Position numbers and translations under genes: made by a program. From the sequence record OM386665.1: 64,000 bases of DNA, one strand, 5' to 3'. Each line of letters begins with the position of its first letter. Position 1 is the stretch's first letter. Positions 24,799-33,251 of the stretch are shown here, piece by piece. This DNA comes from Escherichia phage vB_EcoM_ESCO56. Under the pieces are notes generated by a model, which saw only the letters and a program-made list of their open reading frames with translations, did no database searches and was not told where the DNA came from.

Positions 24799-25584
24799 TT
24801 AGTTCTTTGCGTCTAAGAAGGTAACTTCTGGTGAAGAGAAGATTGCCTCGATATCCTCATCAGTTCTTGCATAAATGTAAGCATCGGCATCACTACCAAA
24901 TGTCACAGCAATTCTGTGATTGCTCTTCGACAGGTGGGTAACTAGAGCGTTACTTAGAGACATCTTTTCAACCGGAGGGTTACTTTGATGTATCTTACCT
25001 TTTCTTCGTCTGAAGAGGGTAACTGCGTTATCTGTGAACACAACTACACCTGCAAAGTATTCTGGTTCACAGTAGTTTTTCCAACCTGAGTGTAACTTGT
25101 TGTACATCTCTGTCTCGTAGACATACAGATAAACATCTACGCTCTTCATAACCTGATTGATGATAACTGTGACAGCTTGAGGGTCAAGTCCACCGATACC
25201 TGCACCAATCATAGGTAAACCAACTTTCTTCAACTGGTTAACTTCACAGTATCTGTTAAGTTGCTTCAAAGATGACTCTAAAGCACTGTATCGGGCGTCT
25301 TTACCAGTCTTAAGCTGAGTGTAAAGGTTAGCTATACGACCTTGTTTTAAACGTGCTACAGAGAAATTACCCAGTAAATTTTCACAGGGTTTGTGACCTA
25401 TACCACCTGCATAGATGTAAACTTCTGTATCGGTCTCATATGCTTTTGGGTAAAGTTTAGAAATCTTGTCAGCGATACCTGCACCCATTAAATTCATACA
25501 GTTGCAACCGTGACCAATGATGTCAAACTTACCTTTATCAAAGGCGTCAAAGATATCACCATTGATGATTTTTACAATACCCAT
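24799..25584 (-). CDS. macro-domain protein (ADP-ribose binding/hydrolase fold) with C-terminal domain of unknown function
   Basis: 261 aa; N-terminal IINGDIFD, GHGCNCMNLMGAGIA and GLPMIGAGIGGLDP match macro-domain glycine-rich loops; about 110-aa C-terminal extension unassigned. Confidence 0.65.
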   Translation of the reverse strand: MGIVKIINGDIFDAFDKGKFDIIGHGCNCMNLMGAGIADKISKLYPKAYETDTEVYIYAGGIGHKPCENLLGNFSVARLKQGRIANLYTQLKTGKDARYSALESSLKQLNRYCEVNQLKKVGLPMIGAGIGGLDPQAVTVIINQVMKSVDVYLYVYETEMYNKLHSGWKNYCEPEYFAGVVVFTDNAVTLFRRRKGKIHQSNPPVEKMSLSNALVTHLSKSNHRIAVTFGSDADAYIYARTDEDIEAIFSSPEVTFLDAKN

Positions 25585-25785
25585 TTAACATCTCTCCCAA
25601 GATTCTTTATCTCCTGAAGGCTTTACACGTTGCCCTTCGTGGTCTACCCAGATGCACCCACATCCTTCACAGATTACTGGCATTGCATAACCAGCTTTAA
25701 AGTCATCTTCAGTGATAAGACCTTTTAAGTCACCTGTATCACGTCCAAACATTTCGATAGAACAGTCTTTGCAGAAGTCAGCCAT
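25585..25785 (-). CDS. hypothetical Cys-rich small protein (possible zinc ribbon)
   Basis: 66 aa with CKDC...CEGCGC. Confidence 0.5.
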   Translation of the reverse strand: MADFCKDCSIEMFGRDTGDLKGLITEDDFKAGYAMPVICEGCGCIWVDHEGQRVKPSGDKESWERC

Positions 25786-25797
25786 ATAATATACACC

Positions 25798-26025
25798 TTA
25801 TAGTTCGGTTTCTCGTAATTCTTTACCTTCATCATAGAAGCATTTATAGAATGTGTCTATAGAGATTCTGGCAAAGGTGAGGTCTTCAAAGTATTCCTCT
25901 GGAGTTGTCCCTGTAAAACTAAAACTGTCGAGGCTGTAAAATGGTATCACTGTGTCGTGACTCACGAAAACACATGCTGACGTGACTTCTCCAGTATCTT
26001 TGTCAATTACCTCTAGAGCTTTCAT
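25798..26025 (-). CDS. hypothetical protein
   Basis: 75 aa ORF. Confidence 0.45.
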   Translation of the reverse strand: MKALEVIDKDTGEVTSACVFVSHDTVIPFYSLDSFSFTGTTPEEYFEDLTFARISIDTFYKCFYDEGKELRETEL

Positions 26026-26326
26026 AGCTTACCTTTTCGGTTAGTTCATATAAATCAACATGCTCAATACTGTCAATGTTGATATCAATCTTTTTGAAAC
26101 GTTCTATCACTTCGTTGTCAGTCATCCATATCAGACACCAATGATTCTTGATGGATTCTTCAAGAAGGTCAACACAATCTTTAAAGGTTTTTGTATCACT
26201 CCTTGTTCCAACTACTGCAATTGTCCCATATAGCCACTTACCATTGCCATGAGTTACTTGTGCTACGCCAACCTCTTTATCTTTCTCGTAGTAAACGGCT
26301 ACAAAGTCTCTTCCATTAATCTGCAT
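26003..26326 (-). CDS. hypothetical protein
   Basis: 107 aa ORF. Confidence 0.5.
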   Translation of the reverse strand: MQINGRDFVAVYYEKDKEVGVAQVTHGNGKWLYGTIAVVGTRSDTKTFKDCVDLLEESIKNHWCLIWMTDNEVIERFKKIDINIDSIEHVDLYELTEKVSYESSRGN

Positions 26327-26328
26327 AG

Positions 26329-26598
26329 TTACTTCCTCGTTTTAAGAACTGCTAAGATTTCTTTAGAGTCTGGTAAGAACCATGTGTAGTGATTTTCTTT
26401 GATTTCTGGATGAGTGTCAACCTTTATTTTGCACTCTTTACCAACATACTTAAGTTGTGCTGTGACACCTTGCATAAAGATATGGCACATCACATTATCC
26501 ATAATGGTTGGTGAGAAATCAATTCGCATATAAGTTTCTTTTGGTCGTGGTAACAGTAAGTAACCCTCTACATAGAAAGTATCTTGATTCTCTGTCAT
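26329..26598 (-). CDS. hypothetical protein
   Basis: 89 aa ORF. Confidence 0.5.
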   Translation of the reverse strand: MTENQDTFYVEGYLLLPRPKETYMRIDFSPTIMDNVMCHIFMQGVTAQLKYVGKECKIKVDTHPEIKENHYTWFLPDSKEILAVLKTRK

Positions 26599-26864
26599 TG
26601 CTGCTTATTCCCTAGTAAAATCATGTCAATAAGGTTGTTAGCTTTGATTGTGCACTGGTAAAAGCCGTCACGATAGAACTCAAGTGCTGCTGCTACATCA
26701 CTGCCTGTGTTGCCTTTGATGATATACCGTGACTCTTCTTGAGTGTACTTATCACTCTCACTTACTTGGGAGTTTTTGAATGTACTGCTCACTTTGTTCG
26801 TTGAACACCCTGACATAGTTATCAGTAACACAAACATTATAAAACTCTGGCTTAGTTTTTTCAT
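26595..26864 (-). CDS. o-spanin-like outer-membrane lipoprotein
   Basis: 89 aa; signal peptide with lipobox (LLITMSGC); start lies inside the 3' part of the upstream gene in another frame. Confidence 0.5.
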   Translation of the reverse strand: MKKLSQSFIMFVLLITMSGCSTNKVSSTFKNSQVSESDKYTQEESRYIIKGNTGSDVAAALEFYRDGFYQCTIKANNLIDMILLGNKQQ

Positions 26865-27105
26865 ATGTTAGTACCTCTTTTGTATGCTTATTCTTAGCAA
26901 GCACATCTTTCAAATCATTTTTGTAATTGGTGCTCAGTGTGACTAATCCTTCCTGATAAGCATCTTTAGCAACACTTACGAGCTTCTGATTGTTTAGCTC
27001 AGCTTCAGCAACTTTATAGTCTCTGTAAGAGTATCCTCCCCAGACACCTGCCCCAACTAAGAAAACAATTATGAAAGTAGCTTGACAGAACTCTTTAAAT
27101 GTCAT
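26758..27105 (-). CDS. i-spanin-like protein (N-terminal TM helix plus coiled coil)
   Basis: 115 aa; TM segment FIIVFLVGAGVWGGYSY; 3' end overlaps the lipoprotein gene. Confidence 0.5.
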   Translation of the reverse strand: MTFKEFCQATFIIVFLVGAGVWGGYSYRDYKVAEAELNNQKLVSVAKDAYQEGLVTLSTNYKNDLKDVLAKNKHTKEVLTYEKTKPEFYNVCVTDNYVRVFNEQSEQYIQKLPSK

Positions 27106-27125
27106 TTAACAATCTCCTAAAATGG

Positions 27126-27145
27126 AAAAGGCTCCAGAAGGAGCC
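27126..27145 (-). terminator. hairpin with T-run (terminator or leader element)
   Basis: GGCTCC-AGAA-GGAGCC; minus strand followed by TTTTCC; lies between Dam gene end and spanin RBS. Confidence 0.5.
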
Positions 27146-27148
27146 TGT

Positions 27149-27177
27149 ATATTACTCTTGACTGTAATAGTTGACAA
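27149..27177 (-). promoter_or_regulatory. sigma70-like promoter (TTGTCA-N17-TAATAT)
   Basis: Minus-strand reading, upstream of the spanin pair. Confidence 0.45.
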
Positions 27178-27259
27178 GTGAAATTGTTTGATTCATCAAC
27201 AGCTTATCAGTCTGTGCTCCGCGACCAGCTTGTAATGCTAGTTGGTATAACTTTATACC

Positions 27260-28150
27260 TTAGTTGTGGATAATTACTTCGCTAATACCTTTGCTTCCCT
27301 GTGCATGTATTGTGTATGAATGATTAACCTCTGTCAAGTGAAAATTTTCAGGAATTAGGTTTGACCATCCGTCCCACTGAGAGTTTGACATCAGCACCTT
27401 AGAGCCTAACTCCCCCCAATCAGATATATCTTTGCACAATTTCACAGACATTGAAACGTCAAACTTTGCGCCATATTTCTGGTTGGTGTTTATATATGGT
27501 GGGTCACAGTAAATGACCGTCCCTTCTCCATGCTTTATGTCAACCATGTCATAAGGGTGACTACTGAGGACAACCCTCTCATCAGTGATGAAGTTATAGA
27601 ACTCCTTTAGTGCTTCTTCAGTCTTTGTAAAGAAAACTTCTTCTTCTATCAAATAGCCGCAAGGTGTTGCATAGTGCCCTTTCATCTCTTTAGTTGTCTG
27701 CCATACACCACCAAAACTTAGTTTCTGAAGGAAAAACTGTCTGGCATAGTATCTGTAGTCATAGACACCAGATTCACCAAGTGTGAGAAGCTCATCTCTT
27801 ACACTGTAGTACATCTTATAACGTAATCGGTTATGGCGTTGCCCCTTCATAGCGTACTCTTCCTGCATAGGTAATGCTAAGTACCTTTTTGCCAAGTACC
27901 AAAACTCTTCCATGAATTTGTCGTAATCATCCCTGAAGGTTATGTAAAGTTCTATGATATGTTTGTTTATTTCATTAATAAATATTTTTGCATCTGGGTA
28001 CTTATCATAAGCCCAGATAGCTACTGAGCCGCCACCTGAAAACAGGTCATAGAAGTTTTCACAGTTGTCTGGAAAGACACCTAAACGCTCATATTCTTTC
28101 AGTATTCTTGTTTTACCACCAAGATACTTAAACATTGGTTTCATTAGCAC
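27260..28150 (-). CDS. dam: DNA adenine methyltransferase (Dam-like N6-adenine MTase)
   Basis: 296 aa; FKYLGGK, DLFSGGGSV (SAM-binding FxGxG) and DPPY catalytic motif. Confidence 0.8.
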   Translation of the reverse strand: MLMKPMFKYLGGKTRILKEYERLGVFPDNCENFYDLFSGGGSVAIWAYDKYPDAKIFINEINKHIIELYITFRDDYDKFMEEFWYLAKRYLALPMQEEYAMKGQRHNRLRYKMYYSVRDELLTLGESGVYDYRYYARQFFLQKLSFGGVWQTTKEMKGHYATPCGYLIEEEVFFTKTEEALKEFYNFITDERVVLSSHPYDMVDIKHGEGTVIYCDPPYINTNQKYGAKFDVSMSVKLCKDISDWGELGSKVLMSNSQWDGWSNLIPENFHLTEVNHSYTIHAQGSKGISEVIIHN

Positions 28151-28161
28151 TCCTTGAATTT

Positions 28162-28182
28162 AAAAAGGCTCCCGAAGGAGCC
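28162..28182 (-). terminator. intrinsic terminator
   Basis: Minus strand GGCTCC-TTCG-GGAGCC followed by TTTTT. Confidence 0.7.
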
Positions 28183-28194
28183 TGTATCTTAACC

Positions 28195-28659
28195 TTAACC
28201 GAGGACTTTAGCAAGGATATTTGCAGCCATCGAAGAAGCTTTTGCAGCAGCAACTACGCCAGCTTTGACAGTGCTATCCTTAATAGCAGATACCGTTGCA
28301 GCATCAGTAAAGAGATAAGTGATTGTTTTAGAACCACTTGTAAAGGAAAGCATAAGAGCAGTTTCCAGATTGAAAGAGCGATACGGAGCACCTTCTTTAA
28401 CGATACCTTCAGCACCTAACTCTGAAGCCTTACCCATATCATAGATAGTCATCAGGTTTTCTTTGTGTGCAGTCGTTGAACCATAGCCTTTTACGTGTTT
28501 CTTAACATTTAAGAGAGCACGATACTCCCGGATGTTACCGTCTGCTTTTACATTGACAGCGCGGAAGATTTTACCCTCAAAGTTGTTCTTGATAATGTTA
28601 CGAACCACTTCAGATTTGTTTGCCGTAACGTCCAGTGCTACCGTGATAATGTTGTTCAT
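28195..28659 (-). CDS. hypothetical protein
   Basis: 154 aa ORF. Confidence 0.55.
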   Translation of the reverse strand: MNNIITVALDVTANKSEVVRNIIKNNFEGKIFRAVNVKADGNIREYRALLNVKKHVKGYGSTTAHKENLMTIYDMGKASELGAEGIVKEGAPYRSFNLETALMLSFTSGSKTITYLFTDAATVSAIKDSTVKAGVVAAAKASSMAANILAKVLG

Positions 28660-28669
28660 AAGTTTTCTC

Positions 28670-29365
28670 TCAATGTTTAACTAACATGGTTTTGATGTGT
28701 GGAAGGATTCTGTTCACCTTCTGCACATTCTTCTCTGTATCTTCTATAAAACATACTATATTAAAGTAAGGCAGAATGCAAGACTGAATCATCCTCACTT
28801 TCAAACTTTCTGCACTTATAGAGTTAGTCCCAAAACCACGCATAAAAAGCATGTAGTCATGCTCTATGTTATGCCTTAAAAACATCTCAGTAGGTATTCT
28901 CTGAGACTCACCTCTGGCTGTCAAGAGTCCAACAGCAGCATGATTAGCAATTGCATCAATGATATTGAAAACATACGTTGGTTTTGCTCTTACAGAGTCA
29001 AGAAGATTAGTGTACTGTGAAAATGACCCATCAGTCAACTCCGTTGAACAATCTTCGTGATTAAAATTTGTAAGAACGCCATCAATATCTGCTAAGATGA
29101 GATTCCCTTTTTCTACAAGGTCTTTATTGACTATGACTAAGCTATCACGGCTTACACCTATAGTTTGTCCAGTCTCTTTATCTACAACATTCACAATTGG
29201 CTCTGATGTGTGGAACTCTTCAAGTGAACATACAACTTCTCTTGCTGTGTCTTCAAAATCCCTGCACTGTTCTGGAGTCCATGCAAAGGAATCAATACCT
29301 AACTCATGAGGATGTAAGTCATAAGCATGACACAAGACTTCATCAGACTTTCTTAATTTTTTCAT
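28670..29365 (-). CDS. HAD-superfamily phosphatase (possible 5'-deoxynucleotidase or polynucleotide 3'-phosphatase)
   Basis: 231 aa; LILADIDGVLTNF matches HAD motif I (DxDGx). Confidence 0.5.
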   Translation of the reverse strand: MKKLRKSDEVLCHAYDLHPHELGIDSFAWTPEQCRDFEDTAREVVCSLEEFHTSEPIVNVVDKETGQTIGVSRDSLVIVNKDLVEKGNLILADIDGVLTNFNHEDCSTELTDGSFSQYTNLLDSVRAKPTYVFNIIDAIANHAAVGLLTARGESQRIPTEMFLRHNIEHDYMLFMRGFGTNSISAESLKVRMIQSCILPYFNIVCFIEDTEKNVQKVNRILPHIKTMLVKH

Positions 29366-29891
29366 GATTTACCTTAGAAATGTTTGTTGCAAATTCACAT
29401 TGAGCGATGACTCTCATATTGTTATAGACATCTTGAGAATACTTCTTAGCTTTAGGGATTCTATACGAATAACCAGCATTGTATGATGCTAAAACTTTTT
29501 GTAAAGTCTTCTTTGACTTTGGCTGACCATGTACCTTTGTCCAAAACTCAAGCTCTTTGTGAGTTTCCTTCGCAGCATAGTTAAAGTCTTTTAAAAGTTT
29601 CTTTTTAGCCACATTAGGACTAATTTTGTTACGCTTTACAACAGTCTTCAAGTGATTCTGGAAAATACCATAATCGTGTGTCTTTTTATTCTCTACCTTC
29701 AGACCTAACTCTGACTCTTGTAAGGCTATAGCAGCTAGAGTGATACCCCAACCTTTACCCATGTTATTCTCACCATACTGGTAAGCTTTTAACATGTTTA
29801 CTTTTTGACTAATTGATAGCTCTGGGCAGTCAACTGCATAAGATAAGTGTGCTATAAACATTAAGCACAAACCTAGAATCAATTTCTTCAT
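29343..29891 (-). CDS. secreted SLT-domain lytic transglycosylase-like protein
   Basis: 182 aa; N-terminal signal peptide MKKLILGLCLMFIAHLSYA; ALQESELG ... DYGIFQ resembles SLT catalytic region. Confidence 0.55.
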   Translation of the reverse strand: MKKLILGLCLMFIAHLSYAVDCPELSISQKVNMLKAYQYGENNMGKGWGITLAAIALQESELGLKVENKKTHDYGIFQNHLKTVVKRNKISPNVAKKKLLKDFNYAAKETHKELEFWTKVHGQPKSKKTLQKVLASYNAGYSYRIPKAKKYSQDVYNNMRVIAQCEFATNISKVNHEKIKKV

Positions 29892-29953
29892 TGGTTCTCC
29901 TGTTTAGTTTATCGTAACAACAATTATACAGCACTCTGCACAAAATACAAATA

Positions 29954-29978
29954 AAAAAGGCCGCCGAAGCAGCCTTTT
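29954..29978 (-). terminator. intrinsic terminator (bidirectional shape)
   Basis: A-run, GGCCGC-CGAA-GCAGCC hairpin (one mismatch), T-run. Confidence 0.6.
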
Positions 29979-29980
29979 AG

Positions 29981-30241
29981 TTACATTACGTAGAGATTCC
30001 CAAAACCTGTAGGTTTCCCATTACGAAAGTTACGACGCTTAACAGGTAACTTAGTGATAGTCTTCGTCTTCTCTAAGTCTATAAAGGTCTGTGTAAAATC
30101 CGATGGGAGGTATTTTTTACCAAACTTTGCAGAGAGGTACTCTGCTACTTCGTATTGTGTAGCTGCCCCCAGATACTTGAGAGCAACTCTTACCATCATC
30201 TTTTTAACTTGCATATCAGTCCTTATAAGCTCTAAATGCAA
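29981..30241 (-). CDS. hypothetical protein
   Basis: 86 aa ORF. Confidence 0.5.
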   Translation of the reverse strand: MHLELIRTDMQVKKMMVRVALKYLGAATQYEVAEYLSAKFGKKYLPSDFTQTFIDLEKTKTITKLPVKRRNFRNGKPTGFGNLYVM

Positions 30242-31055
30242 CGTCAGCTTGTGACATTACATAACCTTGAAACACACCACCATTCTGGTCATACTGGGTC
30301 TTCATGGCATCTAAGAAGCTGCTTACAGACCCATCATCATCACGGTAGTCCAACCAGAACTTTGTAGCCTTTTCAGGGTTTTCTTTGAAGCTCTTAAGCA
30401 TTGCTGCCATAATTGGAGCGGAATACTTTTTACGCAGTTCACATTTCTGCTTAACACCGTTTACAGTCTTCTCTTTGTACTTATCCATCTCATCCTTATC
30501 AATGCCAAGTGCATCAATAAGTTTAAGCTCTTCTTGATAGAGTACAAATGCTTCATCAAGGCATCCACGGAGACCTAATAAGGCCCACACACCAGCACCA
30601 GTAAATTTCTTGGTGAACGCTGTCTGTGGCTTATAACCAGAGCGTAGTATTGCAGTTGTAATTTGGTCACCATTCGTAGCTCGTGAGTCCAGTGAGTTTT
30701 CTTGGTCGTAGAGGAAATCTACTTCTTCCTGTGAATTAACAGCAAACAGGGTCACATAGACAAGGCCGTTCTTGGGAGCACCTAATTTACCATTCTTCCA
30801 GTTCTCTACACGAGCATGAGAATCAATGTTGATAACTTCTCCATTGAACAGTACACCCGTAACACGGGAACGTAAATCCACCTCACGAAGTTCTTCATTA
30901 AGGTAAGGTTTAGCAATTCGTCGTTCAATGCTACGGTTTGCTGAGTAAGGCTTTGCACAGTTAGCCCAATCCATGTACCCCATGAAGAAGGAAGCTACAC
31001 CACAAACGAAATCAATCTTGCAAGGTGTTTTGCTCTGGAACTCTTTGAATTTCAT
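30216..31055 (-). CDS. hypothetical protein
   Basis: 279 aa ORF, no motif recognised. Confidence 0.6.
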   Translation of the reverse strand: MKFKEFQSKTPCKIDFVCGVASFFMGYMDWANCAKPYSANRSIERRIAKPYLNEELREVDLRSRVTGVLFNGEVINIDSHARVENWKNGKLGAPKNGLVYVTLFAVNSQEEVDFLYDQENSLDSRATNGDQITTAILRSGYKPQTAFTKKFTGAGVWALLGLRGCLDEAFVLYQEELKLIDALGIDKDEMDKYKEKTVNGVKQKCELRKKYSAPIMAAMLKSFKENPEKATKFWLDYRDDDGSVSSFLDAMKTQYDQNGGVFQGYVMSQADVAFRAYKD

Positions 31056-31116
31056 AGTTGCTCTCTCTCTCTCATCTACTAGGTTTGTTTACAGGTATAC
31101 TATATAAATTCTTTTA

Positions 31117-32016
31117 TTAATGCAAGTGTTTTTCTAAAGTATTTATAATTTCTTGTGAGTTGATAGAGCCTGCATGACTCAGTGCAAAACCATCTCTCAA
31201 ATCACTAAACCATTCTTGTTTGATTGCTGAGTAAAGACCTTCTACGTGTGGTTCGATAAACTGTTTCACTGACACCTTATCTTTATCTGGTTCAAAAACC
31301 TTCACAGTGCCAGCCTTACGACCATGTGTAATAATCGTGAACAAGTCTTTTCCATCCAGTTTACCTAAAACACCTACTGGCTGTTCTTTACCATCAATCT
31401 TGTGGCATGGTGGCCTATATAGTGTGAATTTCTCACGCTTATAGACTCTTACGCCATCAACTATCGCAGGGGCAATCTTACAAATTTTATCTGTCCGTTT
31501 TTGTCTCTTCCAGATTTGGAAGTTACAGCGTAGTGATGATTCTTTTGCTGAGTAGGTAACTCCATCAATCCTTTCAAAATGAAGGTTAGGTAGTTCTACT
31601 TCGGCAATGCAGGTGTACTCCCTGCTAAGTCTGCTAAGATTCTTCTTCCCAAAGTTAATAGGGACTAAGAAGCAAATGTAGTCTGGATTCATTGTAGCAG
31701 CCTTGTTAAAGAACTTTGTAGACAGACTGTTTGCCTTACCGAATGGAGGGTTAGTAACAATCGCAAAAGGCTTATCTGGAATCTCTAAGTCATCTTTCAG
31801 GAAGTCTCTTGTACTAACATCTTCAGAGTCTGGTTCGATGTCGTATAGTACAACATCTTTACAAACCCTCTTAAAAGAGTCTTTCCATCTTCCGTCACCT
31901 GCACAGGGGTCTATAATACACGAAATAGAGCCTTTAAAGACCCTTTGTAGCTCATCTTCACACACTCTTATTACTTCGTCTGGTGTGTAGTATTTATCAA
32001 GTTCTGCTTTAGCCAT
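31117..32016 (-). CDS. DNA methyltransferase (amino-MTase, NPPF catalytic motif)
   Basis: 299 aa; YYTP, DPCAGDG (SAM binding) and NPPF motifs. Confidence 0.7.
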   Translation of the reverse strand: MAKAELDKYYTPDEVIRVCEDELQRVFKGSISCIIDPCAGDGRWKDSFKRVCKDVVLYDIEPDSEDVSTRDFLKDDLEIPDKPFAIVTNPPFGKANSLSTKFFNKAATMNPDYICFLVPINFGKKNLSRLSREYTCIAEVELPNLHFERIDGVTYSAKESSLRCNFQIWKRQKRTDKICKIAPAIVDGVRVYKREKFTLYRPPCHKIDGKEQPVGVLGKLDGKDLFTIITHGRKAGTVKVFEPDKDKVSVKQFIEPHVEGLYSAIKQEWFSDLRDGFALSHAGSINSQEIINTLEKHLH

Positions 32017-32031
32017 TCATCCTCCCATATC

Positions 32032-32053
32032 AAAAAAGGCTACCGAAGTAGCC
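32032..32053 (-). terminator. intrinsic terminator
   Basis: Minus strand GGCTAC-TTCG-GTAGCC followed by TTTTTT. Confidence 0.65.
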
Positions 32054-32065
32054 TATTGTAAACTA

Positions 32066-33172
32066 TTAAACACGTGCTGTCTTGGAGATTAACTCACCGT
32101 GAGAACCAATCACCACACGATACCCACCAGAGCCAGAGTGGGACTTGATAACTTTACGATTGCTGTCAACAATCGCAAAAGACTCATAAGTTGATACACG
32201 CATCTTCATGTCATTGTAATCAACGGGTACGGATACAACATCTCGTGGATGGACACGAACTTTCAGGATGGTATCACCTCCAAAGCAGGATACATACTCC
32301 CATGCACCAACATGTAAACCCTGAGAGCAAGTGCGGTTAGGGTCACTATCAACCATCCAACGGGGCATCTCAACTAAGTTGCCCAAATCGTTAGGTACTT
32401 TGTGTGTGTGGCTGTCTACCAGAGAGCCATCAGCTTTGCTTTGTACCTTTTTCCAACCAATGATGTAACCTTCTTCATCAATTTCAACATCAAGGTGGGA
32501 TACGAAGCCCCAAAGTTGTTCTACGGAGTCTTTAGATGGGTTTTCCATCAGTTTTTCGAAGAACATTACAAGGCGTTCAAAACCTTTATCTCCAGTCTTC
32601 ATCATGTGAAGAATACGGTCAACCAGAGTAGAACGCATCTCAACAGCACCATAGAATAACTTGTCACCTTTGATAGTGATAGTACCCTGAGTGAAGTTTT
32701 CGATAGACTTACGAATGTTCATCAGTTCGAAAGCTTTCTTATATTCACCGGATATAACAGCCATCACGATTTCTTTGTAGTTCGGGTGGGTAGATTCAAC
32801 GATTTCAGAGTCTGCACCGAAAATCATGATAACAGAGTCGCCGGTAATCATGTACTCAATCTGGTTGTCATTCTGCATAGCTTCATGCAGTTTATTTACC
32901 GGAGCTTTCTGTACATCCTCTTTAACAGCCTTTTTAACTGGCTTATCAGCTTTCTTTTTAAAGGTCTTAGCAACTTGCTTTAAAGTCTTCGTAGCTGGTG
33001 TAGAAGTTGCCTTTTTATTCCCTTTTAAGGTTGCTTCATGACGCTCTACAGCACGACCGACTGAACGGGTTGAGGTGTTAAATTTCTGTGCAATAGCTGT
33101 TTTAGTCAGCTTACCCTCTTTAACCAGTTTGTAAATTTCTGCGTCAATCTGTGCTTTAGTTTTAGTAGTCAT
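32066..33172 (-). CDS. rIIB: rIIB-like protein (putative)
   Basis: 368 aa, immediately downstream of the rIIA-like gene; N-terminal HTH-like segment; assignment mainly by synteny. Confidence 0.4.
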   Translation of the reverse strand: MTTKTKAQIDAEIYKLVKEGKLTKTAIAQKFNTSTRSVGRAVERHEATLKGNKKATSTPATKTLKQVAKTFKKKADKPVKKAVKEDVQKAPVNKLHEAMQNDNQIEYMITGDSVIMIFGADSEIVESTHPNYKEIVMAVISGEYKKAFELMNIRKSIENFTQGTITIKGDKLFYGAVEMRSTLVDRILHMMKTGDKGFERLVMFFEKLMENPSKDSVEQLWGFVSHLDVEIDEEGYIIGWKKVQSKADGSLVDSHTHKVPNDLGNLVEMPRWMVDSDPNRTCSQGLHVGAWEYVSCFGGDTILKVRVHPRDVVSVPVDYNDMKMRVSTYESFAIVDSNRKVIKSHSGSGGYRVVIGSHGELISKTARV

Positions 33173-33251
33173 CTTATTACTCTCTCTTGTTAGTTAATAA
33201 ATCATTTTGTGAGGATATTCTAAGGGACTTTGAAGCCCCTTGTCAAGCACT

